Part shown: positions 13,291 to 28,150 of the stretch, one piece after another
Layout of the letters: each line of letters opens with the position of its first letter
How positions within the stretch are numbered: position 1 is the stretch's first letter
Source of the DNA: Eledone cirrhosa
Taxonomy: Eukaryota
Assembly (NCBI GenBank): GCA_964016885.1
Contig: OZ024740.1
Coordinates: forward strand, 52,204,001-52,268,000
Direction: 5' to 3'
DNA: 64,000 nucleotides
Made by a program: the position numbers and the translations under genes
Notes under the pieces: model-generated
What the model was told of the DNA's origin: nothing
Databases searched by the model: none
What the model saw: only the letters and a program-made list of their open reading frames with translations

Positions 13291-14542
13291 GAGGCGTTAC
13301 CTCTGTTCACTGATAGTGAACAGCTAACACTATATTTCATCTCACAGAAATCTTTAGACATTATTTGCATTAGAGGGTCCATCTCTTATCCACCGCATCT
13401 TCTAAATCCTCCATGATACTATTTCTCTCTGTTACCTATCCACACACAAAAACATTGAACACTAAATAATAGTCTGTTGAAAGAGGGCTTAGTATTACAA
13501 TATTACATTTCAACTCGAGGAACACACATTCAATCAACAATTTATAAAAAAATAATTACATATTCAGATTCAGCCAGCAGTCCTTTGAAGTCAACGGAAT
13601 TTGAAACAGTACTGCGCCAGCTTAGACAATGAAAAGAAGAACAAATAGATTGACCCACCCATATTTGGGTTAGAAACTACCAGCTAAAGCGTATAATGGT
13701 GCCAGTGATCATTTCTGAGCTGGAGATGGCAAGTAGCATCCCTCATGTCCTGCACAAGCGATGTTGAAGGTTCGTTATTGTGATTTTCACTAATAGTCGA
13801 TCATCTGAGTTTCTTTTAACATCTTCAAGCATTATTTCGGTCTCGCCAATTTGTAACTCCTCCTCGACATATTGCTTGGATTTTTCCATCAGTACCAATA
13901 AAACTACATCTTCTTGTAACCTTAAAATTCATATCTCAAACGAGGTCCGCCTCCTTGCTTCTGCTCTTTGCAATGTTCCTGAATGCTTTCAACTCCTGTT
14001 TACTTTCCAGCTTTCCAGTTCATGTAAAGGATTTATAATAACAATGGGGGCATATTTTTGTCATTGAAACGCTATTCAAGCCAGCGGTCCACATATATGA
14101 TGTCTCAACAGCTAATATAAGTGAAAAGACTATATCAAGAAATGGTTTCACAAGACAGCCATCTCTGTATGGGGTATTGGAAAAGCACATCATGTTCTGC
14201 TTGACTGAAAATTTAAATTTATCTCAGATTTATTTTTCAGTAAAAATTGTAGTTTGCATGTATTTTAATAAAACCATTTGATTGTAAAATATTTTATGTA
14301 AAGGGATCTGAAATCTCACGTTGACGTATTATCACGATTGGAATGAATTATTAACACTGGCCCATGATGATGACTATTCTCCACCATTTAAAAAAAATTA
14401 CGTGAAAACTTAATTGTAGACTGCCAATGATAATATATCTTGAACATTGAAAACCATTTTAATTAATATACTAAGTAAAATATTATCACTGAGAGTTTCT
14501 ATAAGATAGATGAAAAATCAGTTTTTACAAGGTGGTTGAAAC

Positions 14543-14660
<118 letters not shown>

Positions 14661-15835
14661 ACGTTCTTTCAAATCATTATTATTGATATTCCGATTGTGA
14701 TCATACATTGGCATATTGTACTTGAGATCTTTTTACATAAAATATTTCATAATCAAATGCGATTATCCGTAACATTCCTCTCATAACACCTACAAATCTT
14801 ACCTTCGGTAAACCTCAGTTGTTTTTAGAAATATATTCCTGTGACCTTTGATCTCTAGATAAGTTCACCCGTCAAAACGGATGTATTAAATCTTTTTTTT
14901 TTTTTTTGTAAGCAATTGTCTGATAACTCAAAACACGTGGCTTGAATATTGAATATGTATTATTAGAAACTTTACGTGGTGAGTATGCTTTAAAACTTGC
15001 CATACTTTCCAGCCATTCCATGTAGTTTGGGATGATATGGAAGCATTTTCAGAAGCTTACATCCGTTCTTGTCAAGACATGTACACAATACATTATGTAG
15101 CTTCCTCGGCGTCATTATGGCTAATGGTTTAAAGATTATTTTATTCGCTGCTAAAATATTAAATTCACAATTACAAATTATACCTCAGATTTCTTGTAAT
15201 TTTAAGCAACAGACTCCAGTTCGGTGTCGAAACTAGACCATTTTACTTGATACCATATTGATCAGATTGTGGGGAAAGAAAACCGTGTAAATATCATTAA
15301 GTTAAAGTAAATATCAATAAATATTTACATTTATATAATGACGTCGTAATGTTATGTAACAAAGATGGAGGTTTAACTATTTAACAGAAAATTACTTGCT
15401 TCGTGTTATTACAAGCAGTAGGAGATCCATTACGCAAAATTAGTAACCCTGCTAGCATGTCCCCTATCTCACAATTTAATGTAAAGTAAAGCGAAAATAT
15501 CTATACATTTAAAGATTCAACAACATCTTAGTCATCTAATGAAGTACAGTTAGTATGGTGATTGTAGAAATGGTTCAGCATGTAAATTATCCTGAACAGA
15601 TTTCATTTCAATAGACGAGATGGTAACGTTTAGAACGCCTGTGTTGATAGGTCAGTTTGATCCGGGAAGGCTTAAAGCTAGCCACCATCAGCTACAAAGA
15701 TTAATCGGTAAAAGAGAATTTAGTTTGAATAGTTATTTTTTTAATAGTAATTATATGTATGTATGTATGTATGTATTTATGTGTACATATGTGTGTACGT
15801 ATGTAGGTACAAACATATGTATGTATGTAAATATA

Positions 15836-15891
<56 letters not shown>

Positions 15892-15895
<4 letters not shown>

Positions 15896-16340
15896 GGTGT
15901 TCCAGAATCCCACATTTTACACAAAAGTGTTTCTTTCTTAACTCCCTATGCATTTCCTCGTGCTATTCTGTATATTATCAATTTATAATGTAATTTTGAT
16001 TATTTCAGACTAATTTAAGCCTTGCCTAATAGTTGCAAATTGGCAGAATAATGGCGGAAACAAGTGGGCCTAGTTGTAGCTACTCGCCTCGTTGTGATAA
16101 TCGATAAATATGGCTCCTGGGGCAATATGTTACATCCTTTTCATCAAACAAAATACCAACAAAGGGGAATGTTCTAAGATATTTCTTCTACCTGAAAGAT
16201 GGTCCTATGAAACACGAAAAGCATGTGAGCTTCAATGGTACTATAGCGGCTTGTGATGGAAGTAGTTAGTCAGTGCGAAAAAGCTGGTGTGGCGACTCAA
16301 CGAAAAGACAAAGTGAAACTGAAAATTATGAATTAAAACA
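15892..16340 (+). mobile_element. Probable hAT(m)-type DNA transposon 5' remnant
   Basis: Starts TAGGGTG; decayed frames KIPTKGNVLRYFFYL and EKAGVATQRKDKVKLKI resemble recalled hATm transposase N-termini; no partner TIR seen. Confidence 0.4.
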
Positions 16341-16799
16341 AAATATAAAAAATATTAGAAATAACTATAATGGTAGTAATTTCTAATATTTTTTATATTT
16401 TGTTATCTACAGATACATTAATATAACTCTAGATTAATAAGAATAATATTAATAATAGTGGATGTGAATGTAAAATAGAAATAAATACATAATTAAGGTC
16501 AACTAAGCTGATTCAAACTAAATATGTCCTAAATCAAAACAAGAATTAGTCTTTCGTAAATGTTCCTCAAACTAATAAGTAAAAAACAATATATAAACGA
16601 TTATAAAGACACTTAGTAAGTTAAGGTTTTTAGACAAGGAACATAAACAAAGTGACACCGTAAAATAACGTTTGGTTGAACTAGAAACGAAAGCAATCCA
16701 TTTGAAATGTCTCTACAATATATAATTAATAACGCTCCCAACGCAAATTTTACTCTAGAACCTGATTAGAAAAACAATAGGTAACCTATATACATATAT

Positions 16800-17519
<720 letters not shown>

Positions 17520-17720
17520 ATACTTGGGGAGGGTCATATTTGTGTAATATTGCCAGAATTAATAACAGAACACACTCACTGTTTGGTTGGTTTTCGCTTC
17601 TCGTTTCTGTGTCTTTTATATCGGTAATCTAACTTACTCGGTCCTCAATGTTGCCATTGACTGACCGACGGTCAAAAATAATACAGATACAATATAGACA
17701 CAAACACATATATATAGTTT

Positions 17721-17762
17721 ATCATAAATCTTTCGTTGCACATCTGCAACATCGTCAGTGGT
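17721..17762 (-). ncRNA. Hammerhead motif in PLE-1 pseudo-LTR
   Basis: acca-CTGACGA-t-gttgca(gatg)tgcaac-GAAA-GATT-TA-tgat; weak helix I; copies at 31636-31677(-), 33338-33379(+), 44606-44647(+), mutated copies near 26085-26127(-) and 26776-26817(+). Confidence 0.6.
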
Positions 17763-17997
17763 GTTATATTTTCCTCCTGTTGTGTTGTATGTCTACGCCA
17801 TTTTTATTCAGTCTGTCTATATATTTATTTATTTATTTGCTTGTTTGTTTATTTTATTTTGTCTTCTATGCGTATGCGTTTGCGTGTGTGCATAGTGTTA
17901 GGTTTGCTGTGTGATGGGTGACTAGTGTGTGTTTATGTGCTTGCTGTTATTCTGCTTGTGTATGTATTTATTTATTTATCTTATTTTATTTACTTAT

Positions 17998-19210
17998 TTA
18001 TACTTCTCTTAGGTCAGTGTTGTTTGTTTGGGTGTTGTTGTTATTCCATTCATTCTTTCTGTTTAGCCTTGGTCTTCTAATTTCCATTTCACTGGCCTCT
18101 CTGATTTGCCTATCTGCTGGGTCATTTCTATGTTTAGATATTATTCTAATTTCTATGTTGTCTATGTTACCGTCATGTTGTTGTCTAGCATGTTCGTATA
18201 GTACTGACCCGTTTTTTCGTCCTTTTAGTTCCCCCCAGTGTTGGTCTATCCTTTCACCTATGCTACGAGCTGTCTCACCTATGTATGTTGTTGTCATGTC
18301 TCTGCAAGTACCCTCTGTACATCTTATGCTATAGACTACATTTCTAGTTTTACAGTTTATCCGGCGGTTCACCTTACATATGATACATTTCCTATTGGTA
18401 CAGTGGGTTTTCTTAAAAGGGTAGGTTTTGCTGATCAGGGATTTTATGGTGGTTCCTGGCTTTTCTACCACCTTTATTTTTAAGCGAGTCTTTCTCAGGG
18501 CCTTTCTACACTGGTTAGCTAATTTCCCTCCAGGGGTGGCGTCCACGAACATGACACTCTGGTATCTCTGGTTGTCGTACCATGAGGTGGCTTTCCCTAT
18601 CTTATGTCTAGCCCTATCTAAGCTATTCCATGATTTGCTCCTGTATAATGGGCAAATTCCTTTCATGTCCAGTTCTATGAGGGTCTTATACTTTTCCATG
18701 GCTCCTTCGTATACTCTGACTCTGTCTCTTTGGTTGTATCCAGAGAACTGCATGCGGTTGATGAAGTGTTGGATGTGTCTTTCCATTTCTGTTGGGTCGC
18801 ACATGCGGGACACATTCTTCATCACTCGTACCAAATTTGCGATCAGAATATTAAACTTAGCACTACTGGACATTGCTGAGTTTTTGAGTATCAGGTATTT
18901 GGAGGCCATGGGTTTAGCATAGTGTGAGTGGAGAATTTGGGCTCTCTCGTCTATAGTGTTAATCCGGAGTTCTGTGTCTAATACAGGTAGTCTATTGTTA
19001 GGGTGTTTGGAAGGGAAGTCGATAGTTACAGTTATACTCTGGTGTATGGAATTAGCTATCTGCTGGATGCTTTCCATCGTGCTACGTTCTAAATCAAACT
19101 TGTTAGTGCTCTCTAGTGGGGGTGTTCTTATAACTATATTGATATCGTCTACATAACGAGAGTACATGATGAGGTCTATGGAGCTTTCATTAAGGAGATC
19201 TTTAAGTCTA
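17998..19210 (-). CDS. PLE-1 reverse transcriptase (C-terminal half) plus GIY-YIG endonuclease, 5'-truncated
   Basis: RYVDD, LPVLD, HYAKPMAS, CIIC...NVVYSIRC...YIGETARS...R..QH, RQIREA. Confidence 0.9.
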
Positions 19211-19255
19211 ACAATATTTGTTTCGCCACACGATTTCATATAAAAAACCTCGCAA

Positions 19256-19348
<93 letters not shown>

Positions 19349-19482
19349 TGTTGTGAGTGTGGTGTGTGAGTTTTAGTTTCTTTAAAATGTATATAGAAAT
19401 GGCTTCTACTAAATATTAAAAATGTATACTCTGCTATATATTGAGTACCTTACTTACTGCGGTTACCCCCGATTAAACTCGG

Positions 19483-19565
<83 letters not shown>

Positions 19566-19872
19566 TATTATTATGCCCTTTGTCGACTCTTATAAAGGAT
19601 TTGAAAGTTTCAAAACCTTCTTATTTAAAAAACTTCGACCGATTTTGAATCAACGTCAAAACATATTGAGAAAAGATTAATTCATTCTCCGGTTAATTTA
19701 ATGATCCGCGAAGGAGAAGGGTGAACTATTACTGAATCGTTATTTGAGCTCAGAACATTGCCAATGCAACACAATACATTAATATATTAAATACGTCACT
19801 TCAGAAAAGTCTTAATAACAACAACCACTTTTCCTATATCAATAATTACAACGAAATACCAATAAGTACACC

Positions 19873-19927
<55 letters not shown>

Positions 19928-20688
19928 TCCCCCCCTCCTCCTCCTCCTCCTACTACTACTACTAAAATTTAAACATTTGGCGTGCTTATATGACCCTAAA
20001 GGCTCCTTGAAAATAACTTGCGATGCTGTATAACATCATTTATTGAAAATGACAGAGCAGTTCAAGATTGAGTCTATATAAATATACACACTTCATGAAA
20101 TATTCATGACTATTCGATCAGGCAAAAATAAAAATAGAAAATATCAACATTTTGTTCCTTGTACAATTTTGTTGTAAAGTACAATATTATGATAAGAATA
20201 ATAATTATTGTTTATTTATTGTTCATTAGTTTTAATATTATTATTACTATAATCACAGTAATTCTATATATTATTTCTATACTTATTTCTTTATTACACC
20301 AATAACTCATTCTTTATTTTGCCACAGAGATTTTTCGCACACATATAGACACAAATACATACAAAAACACATGCATACACACAAATATGCATACAAACAC
20401 GCACGGTGGCAGACATATATACGCATAGACAAAAGGTTCTATACAAAATGACTACAAACACTCATATTGGGATATACAAACAAGTGCAGGAATTGCAGTG
20501 TTGCTAAGGAGTTTGTTTAGCAGCCACATGGATCTGAATTCGATCTTGCTATGTGGCACCTAGAGTAAGTGTCGACAATAGCCTCAGGTTTACAAATGCT
20601 TTATAATTGGCAAACATTGACAGAAATGGAGTACAAAGCAACAGGGAGCACATAGCTGGTCATACACGGCAACAAGTCAACAGTCACC

Positions 20689-20752
<64 letters not shown>

Positions 20753-20865
20753 GTTTGTATATGTATAATAAAGCCAAAACAATGCAGGTATGGACATAGA
20801 ATAAATAATGCAAATGCAAAAGATATTGTTGACAATTAGTCTTTTACCTTAGATTTATTTAAATG

Positions 20866-20905
20866 TCCTCAATTTTCGAGATAATATCTCTTCTTCAGAG
20901 GGAAG
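20866..20905 (-). ncRNA. PLE-2 hammerhead, inverted copy (G at cleavage position)
   Basis: cct-CTGAAGA-a-gagat(att)atctc-GAAA-ATT-G-agg. Confidence 0.55.
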
Positions 20906-21943
20906 TAAAGTTGTCAAACCAGTGTTCTAAATAGCTTGCCAAGTCATGCTGACAGGAGATGGTATAGAGTATCTGTTCTATCTCTAACGTCAAAGAGTTA
21001 AGATTAGGTGGATAAAGAGTAGTCTCCCTTTAAGAGGGTTTTTTTTTTGGGGGGGGGGCGGTTTATACATGCCTGTTTAAGTGTGTGGGAGAATGCATGA
21101 AGGTGTAAGTATGTGAGTGTGTGTGTGTGAGTGTGAGAAGATATGTCTATACGTAAATATGGGGGATAGATGTTATCTCGTGTTAGAACTGGTTTTGTGT
21201 GTGTATGTGTGAGAGAGAATAAGTGGAGGTGTAAGCGTGTGTGTGGGGGGGGGGGTGTAAATATGGGGCTAGGAGCTCTATCAAGTTATAAATTGGGTGT
21301 TGAGTTCTAGTCTATTATTAATTGGTGGTTGTGTTTTGTCTATAATTAGTGCTTCCTTAATTCTAAGATTGCCGGGGTTTCTTTCCTTAGTTTCTATCCT
21401 AACTGTTATGGTTTTGTCGGTGTTTTTGCATTTAACTAGGTGTTTCTTAAATGAGGAAGCGTTAGTATTGAGGTGTTCTTTTATTCTTATGTGGAGTGGT
21501 CTGGTGGTGCTACCTACGTAGAAGTTGTTGCATTTGTCACACTCTAGTCTGTATACGACGTAAGTCTGGTGGTATAGGTCTGTGTCGTTGATGGGGCAGT
21601 TGGCTAGTCTGCAGCAGTTGTCATGTCTGGTGGAGTGTCTTTTGGTTAGCTGACCGCGTAGAGAAGGACCTGAGTGGGCCAGTTGGATATCTAGTCCCTC
21701 TCGTCTGATAGCTCTGCGGATGGCTGTTGTTGTTTCTTCACTGAAGTGTGGGAGCTTCAGGAAGCAAGTGTTAGTGCCTCGGGTGTGGTGTCCTCGGTTC
21801 TTTCTGGCACGGTTTGTAGTGGATGTCGTGTATCCGTTCAGTTTGAGTACAAATGAGTGGGAGGGCCGATCTGAAATGTACGAACAGGTCCCTTCCTAAA
21901 GCGATGCCTGAATAACAACATCATCCCCAAAACTATCAAAAAT

Positions 21944-24354
21944 GTGCACCTACCAACATGCTTCAAATCACCAGGCCTCAAACGATCACTTAGTTACATA
22001 CAAAAATTCTGCCTAAGAAAACTCATACAACACCTACACCGCACGCTAAAACAACACATACGGACTATTTCCAGCCTTGTACCACAACTCGCTGAAACCC
22101 CAGAACCTCTGTCCAGAGTCATCTCCGCCGCTATAGACAGGTCATACCACCATCGCCGAGACTACGAGAAAATACGTCTAACGCAAAAATTTCTCAAAAT
22201 CAGGACGGCCAACTGTCTTAACAACATCCCAACTCTAAACACCAACAGAGGCGAACAAGACGGTACCAACACCGAACCTAGCGGCGCCCCGACCAACAAC
22301 ACACCTGACGCAAAATACCTCGTCACAGACTTGACAGGATCCCTCTCCCGAAAGGAATTAGACCTCCTCAGCCTGGGTCCCAAGTTCATATTGAAACAGA
22401 GACTGGACGACAAACTATGGCTCGACATAGAAACGAATTTCTGTCGGGCTGCCTGTCAACTAAAATGGATATCGACTCTCGGCAACAACACCACGGAATC
22501 TATCAAACCCAGATTTCCGATATACCAACTGGATCGCCCACTCTGTCCACCGCCTGCCAACCGCGAGCTTGAAGAAAAACTCTCGAGGCTAAAACATTCC
22601 GTATTTAACATCTTACGGAAACAAAAGAAGATAGCCCCTAACCTCTCCAGGACACAACAACTCGCCCTGAAGAACCTACGGAATAGGGAACTTATATACT
22701 TACCATCCGACAAAGGTAAAGAGTTTTGCGTCATCTCTCAAGCCACATACAACAAACTAGCCTTTGAACACATAAGCGACAATGAATTATACACAGAGAT
22801 CCCAGACATGACTGCAGCCCAGATCGAAAAACAGACCAACTCCATCTGGTTTGATATCTGTATGAGAAGACAACTCCCAAATAAAGTTAAGCTCAACTAC
22901 GCCACTAGAAATAGCAGACTGCCCACTTTCTACCACCTCATCAAGACCCACAAGAATAGCACTAATACGCAAATAAGACCCATCGTCTCTAGCATAGAAG
23001 GACCCCTATACAAAATTTCCTGGCTCCTCTCCCAGGTCCTCAAGCCTCTACTCTCCACCTTTCCCGGGCATGTCAGTAGCTCCGACGAAGTTATACGTAG
23101 ACTACACCAACTCCAGCCACAACAACTTAAACTAAATAGTTACACCTTTAGCCTCGACGTTGTCTCCCTCTACACTAGTCCCCGCTCATCCAGCTGTCGA
23201 TTTATTGACGGACTGCGTGGTCGCAGAGGACATCCACTGCTACGGCCTCCACCCGACGGACATACACCAGCTTTTGTCCTTCACAGTAGACAACACGTAC
23301 TTCACCTTCCACCACCACACATACAGACAGACAACAGGATTACCCATGGGATCCAGCCTATCGGGCCTGCTGGCCATCAATCACCTACATGAACCAGCTA
23401 GAATGCCGAGCCCTCAACACCTGCCATTCCCATACCTTCTTCACCCGATATGTAGATGACATACTCATCCTTACATCATCCCGTGAGGAGGCAGATAAAA
23501 TATACACAACATTCTCCAGCATGGACGCCAGTATAAAGTTCAGCATGGAACACCCCGATGACCTCGGATCCCTATCCCTACTGGACTTCCAACTCTGGGT
23601 AACAGAGGAAGGCAACATCCACACCTGCTTCTATAAAAAAGCCGCCAGCAGGGACCTGTTCGTACATTTCAGATCGGCCCTCCCACTCGGTGCCAAGTTC
23701 GGATACATAAGGAACCAACTGACACGTATCCGGAACAAATGCACCGACGCTAGAGACCTAGACACACACACCACACATTTCCTGGAAGTACTCAAACTGA
23801 ACGGATACACGACATCCACTACAAACCGTGCCAGAAAGAACCGAGGACACCACACCCGAGGCACTAACACTTGCTTCCTGAAGCTCCCACACTTCAGTGA
23901 AGAAACAACAGCCATCCGCAGAGCTATCAGACGAGAGGGACTAGATATCCAACTGGCCCACTCAGGTCCTTCTCTACGCGGTCAGCTAACCAAAAGACAC
24001 TCCACCAGACATGACAACTGCTGCAGACTAGCCAACTGCCCCATCAACGACACAGACCTATACCACCAGACTTACGTCGTATACAGACTAGAGTGTGACA
24101 AATGCAACAACTTCTACGTAGGTAGCACCACCAGACCACTCCACATAAGAATAAAAGAACACCTCAATACTAACGCTTCCTCATTTGAGAAACACCTAGT
24201 TAAATGCAAAAACACCGACAAAACCATAACAGTTAGGATAGAAACTAAGGAAAGAAACCCCGGCAATCTTAGAATTAAGGAAGCACTAATTATAGACAAA
24301 ACACAACCACCAATTAATAATAGACTAGAACTCAACACCCAATTTATAACTTGA
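21944..24354 (+). pseudogene. PLE-2 RT plus GIY-YIG ORF with two frameshifts (~23178, ~23388)
   Basis: PSDKG, IKTHK, IRPIVS, SLDVVSLYT, GLPMGSSLSG, RYVDD, VVYRLECDKC..FYVGST, RIKEH, EALII...P.IN. Confidence 0.92.
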
Positions 24355-24756
24355 TAGAGCTCCCAGCCCCATATTTACACCCCCCCCCCACACACACGCA
24401 CACACGCACGCACACACACACACACACGCTTACACCTCCACTTATTCTCTCTCACACATACACACACAAAACCAGTTCTACACGAGATAACATCATCCCC
24501 CACATTTACGTATAGACATATCTTCTCACACTCACACACACACACTCACATACTTACACCTTCATGCATTCTCCCACACACTTAAACAGGCATGTATACC
24601 CCCCCCCCTCCCAACAAAAAACCCTCTTAAAGGGAGACTACTCTTTATCCACCTAATCTTAACTCTTTGACGTTAGAGATAGAACAGATACTCTATACCA
24701 TTTCCTGTCAGCATGACTTGGCAAGCTATTTAGAACACTGGTTTGACAACTTTACT

Positions 24757-24794
24757 TCCCTCTGAAGAAGAGATATTATCTCGAAAATTTAGGA
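24757..24794 (+). ncRNA. Minimal hammerhead in PLE-2 3' pseudo-LTR
   Basis: cct-CTGAAGA-a-gagat(att)atctc-GAAA-ATT-T-agg; palindrome AAATTT. Confidence 0.7.
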
Positions 24795-24964
24795 CATTTA
24801 AATAAATCTAAGGTAAAAGACTAATTGTCAACAATATCTTTTGCATTTGCATTCTTTATTCTATGTTCATACCTGCATTGTTTTGGCTTTATTATACATA
24901 TACAAACGTTTATACCTCATTACACAATGCTTCAAGTGAACTATAACCTCCTCCATATATATAT

Positions 24965-25290
24965 ATGTATTTATTAAAATAAAAGATTAAAGTTTAAGCA
25001 AAGAATCGCTGCTTTCACCCTTAAAGGGATCTTCTGAAACTAAAAAAATCAATCTGTGAACGCAGAAGTAAATATTTCGAAAAACGTTGCAACCGAAGGA
25101 AGACAGGAAGACGCTACTTTGGTTCGTGGAGACGTTCCCTGGCTGAAAGGGTGAAAGCAGCGATTCTTTGCTTAAACTTTAATCTGTTATTTTAATAAAT
25201 ATTTGCCCTACAGTTCTTATATATTTGATATATATTTATCCTTATCGAGCCCTCTTTGGATTTTAGTCTTCAAATTTATTATTATTAATA
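24965..25290. mobile_element. Short foldback element with one-sided tail
   Basis: IR ~24968-25022/25147-25202, tail 25203-25290, (TA)n flanks, decayed HHR-like CAGAAGA...GAAA on the minus strand. Confidence 0.6.
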
Positions 25291-25300
25291 TATATATATA

Positions 25301-25772
25301 TATATATAAAGTTGTAGTTCCTGTCTGTTTTTTTGTTTGTTTGTTAACGAACTCCTCCTATGGTTTTGTGCCCAGGGCACTCGGATAAGTATATTTTATT
25401 TTAATCAAAGCATTCCTCGGGGGCCCAAACCCCCGCTGAAATTTTTTTCCATTCGATTTATATGAAATTTAAACCATAGGTAAATGACAAGATATGATGC
25501 CTATTCACAAAAGTTTTGAATTGATATTTTGAAAAAAATTATTTACAAGAAACAAAATAAGAATAAGATTTAATAATGTAATTTTAATTTGATATATTAC
25601 AAAAAATAATGTTTTCCAATTTTTTATGCATTACATTTTACATATCCGTAATATTGAAATGCAGAGTTTTTCTCCATAAATTATATCACTGATTTAAAAT
25701 CAATCATCATTTTCTTACAAAAAAAAAAAAAAAAAATGTGTGAAACGCAGCAAGGCGTGGGTAATTCGGCTA

Positions 25773-25773
<1 letters not shown>
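25301..25773 (+). mobile_element. Non-autonomous Helitron-like element
   Basis: 5' tatataaag followed by (tgtt)n; 3' hairpin acgc-agcaag-gcgt upstream of terminal CTAG followed by T. Confidence 0.55.
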
Positions 25774-25823
<50 letters not shown>

Positions 25824-25829
<6 letters not shown>

Positions 25830-27016
25830 CGGCGATGAATTAGTTTTGCGAGGTTTTTGATATGAAATCGTGTGTCGAAACAAATATTGTTATACTTGGG
25901 GAGGATCATATTTGTGTAATAATATTGCCAGAATTAATAACAGAACACACTCACTGTTTCGTTGGTTTTCGCTTCTGTGTCTTTTATATCGGTTAATTTA
26001 ATTTATTCGGTCCTCAATGTTACCATTGACTGACCAACGGTAAAAAATACAGATATAATATAGACACAAACACATATATATAGTCTAACAAAGTTCTTTC
26101 GTTGCACATCTGCAACACCGTCAGTGGTGTTATTATGTTTCCTCCTGTTGTATTGTATGCCTACGCCATCTTTATTTAGGCTGTTTATTTATTTATTTAT
26201 TTATTTTTTTGTCTTCTCTGCGCATGCGTTTGCGTGTGTGTATAGTGTTTGATGTGTGTTCGTGTTTGGGTGACTTTATTTATTTATACTTCTCTTAGGT
26301 CAGTATTGTTTGTTTGGGTGTTGTTATTCCATTCATTTTTTTTCTGTTTAGCCTTGGCCTTCTAAGTTCTATTTCGCTGGCCTTTCTGATTTGCCTATCT
26401 GCTGGGTCATTTCTATGTTTAGATATTATTCTAATTTCTATGATGTCTATGTTACCGTTGTGTTGTTGTCTGGCATGTTCGTATAGTACTGAAAAAAAAA
26501 TGAATGGAATAACAACAACACCCAAACAAACAAAACTGACCTAAGAGAAGTATAAATAAATAAATAAATACATACACAAGCACAATAACAACAAACACAT
26601 ATAAACACACACTAGAAAACTACAATAACCAATACACAGTCACCCAAACACGAACACACATCAAACACTATACACACACGCAAACGCATGCGCAGAGAAG
26701 ACAATAAATAAATAAATAAACAGACTAAATAAAGATGGCGTAGGCATACAATACAACAGGAGGAAACATAATTGCACCATTGACGATGTTGCAGATGTGC
26801 AACGAAAGAACTTTGTTAGACTATATATATGTGTTTGTGTCTTTATTATATCTGTATTTTTTACCGCGGTCAGTCAATGGTAACATTGAGGACCGAATAA
26901 ATTAAATTAACCGATATAAAAGACACAGAAGCGAAAACCAACGAAACAGTGAGTGTGTCTGTTATTAATTCTGGCAATATTATTACACAAATATGAACCT
27001 CCCCAAGTATAACAAT
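25824..27016. mobile_element. PLE-1 subfamily foldback (EN C-terminus plus two inverted pseudo-LTRs)
   Basis: 25886-26325 inverted against 26492-27016; VLYEHARQQH...RQIR remnant; (TA)n flanks. Confidence 0.85.
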
Positions 27017-27023
27017 ATATATA

Positions 27024-27330
27024 TATAAGGAATTTATATCTAGTAACATCTATATACACACAGATGCATATCAATGCTAGCAAATATATAGGTTTTGTCT
27101 TATTAACAATGTGGTTCAATGCATGGGGTTGCAGAACAATAATATGAGAGACGTAAAATAAGAAAATTATAAAATTAACTTACTTACTAAAAAATCACTT
27201 CCAACTAATTAGTTTCTGGAATGGAGTAAATATATTTTCCGAAGAAATTTATAGAAAATCATTCCGTCATCAGGAAAGTCTTTTTCCGTATAGGTCTCCA
27301 GGCATAGCGAGGACACTGGAAACTTATTAA
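27024..27330 (-). mobile_element. Family A element, diverged copy
   Basis: Homologous to 1294-1600 and starts at the same terminus next to (TA)n. Confidence 0.75.
27197..27279 (-). ncRNA. Family A hammerhead (diverged, covarying)
   Basis: actttc-CTGATGA-c-ggaatg...cattcc-a-GAAAC-TAATTA-GT-T-ggaagt. Confidence 0.75.
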
Positions 27331-27424
27331 CAATATAATATTGCCTCGTCTGACGAACCAATGAAGACGTTTCTTTCGTATTCGCCTCATTCGGGAAACC
27401 TCTGGTAATGAGGTAATTATATTG
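27331..27424 (+). ncRNA. Type-I hammerhead with long helix I and 3-bp helix III
   Basis: ttgcctcgt-CTGACGA-a-cc-aatga...tcatt-c-gg-GAAACC-TCT-GGT-A-atgaggtaa. Confidence 0.8.
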
Positions 27425-27439
27425 TATTGATTTTTATAC

Positions 27440-27502
<63 letters not shown>

Positions 27503-27545
27503 GTATATATATATATATTTGTGTGTGTCTATGTGTGTGTGTATG

Positions 27546-27657
<112 letters not shown>

Positions 27658-27977
27658 CGTGTGTGTGTGTGTATATTTATGTATAAATCCTGCCACATCA
27701 ATGGGTGGCAGTTGTTCCAGGTTCACGCATCGAAAGACTGGTGTAGTGGTTCTGAGAACAATGTGGTTTTGCAGATGATCAATACAAATTGACAATGGAA
27801 AGGCGCTCCCGCTCAAGTTAGAAGAGAACTATTGACCTTCAGGAGATGCAGCGACCGCTGATTGTATTCAGCAACCGAAACAAATATGAAGTACACCAAA
27901 TCCAATGCTCCTTGGGGCGGCCCTGGTTTTTCTTATTTGCGAGTGTAAACTCGGTCAGATTAGATTAGATGAAATTA

Positions 27978-28150
27978 TATATAATTGGCAGTAGCACTAA
28001 GACAGCGTTTAAGCATAAACATATGCATATGAAAAAATATATAAACACATACTATATGTTTATTGTATACAAGCAGTATAGTATGTGTTATATATTTTCA
28101 TAAACACCCCTATTATGATTAAACGCTGTCTTAGTCCTACTGCCAATTGA
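27978..28150. repeat. Imperfect foldback
   Basis: aattggcagtagcactaagacagcgtttaa / ttaaacgctgtcttagtcctactgccaatt plus an inner hairpin. Confidence 0.7.

Larger units (their letters stand above)
20748..24957 (+). mobile_element. Penelope-like element PLE-2 (Penelope/Poseidon-type) with 1.1 kb inverted 5' copy of its 3' end
   Basis: 20748-21850 is the reverse complement of ~23786-24913; (TA)n flanks. Confidence 0.92.
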
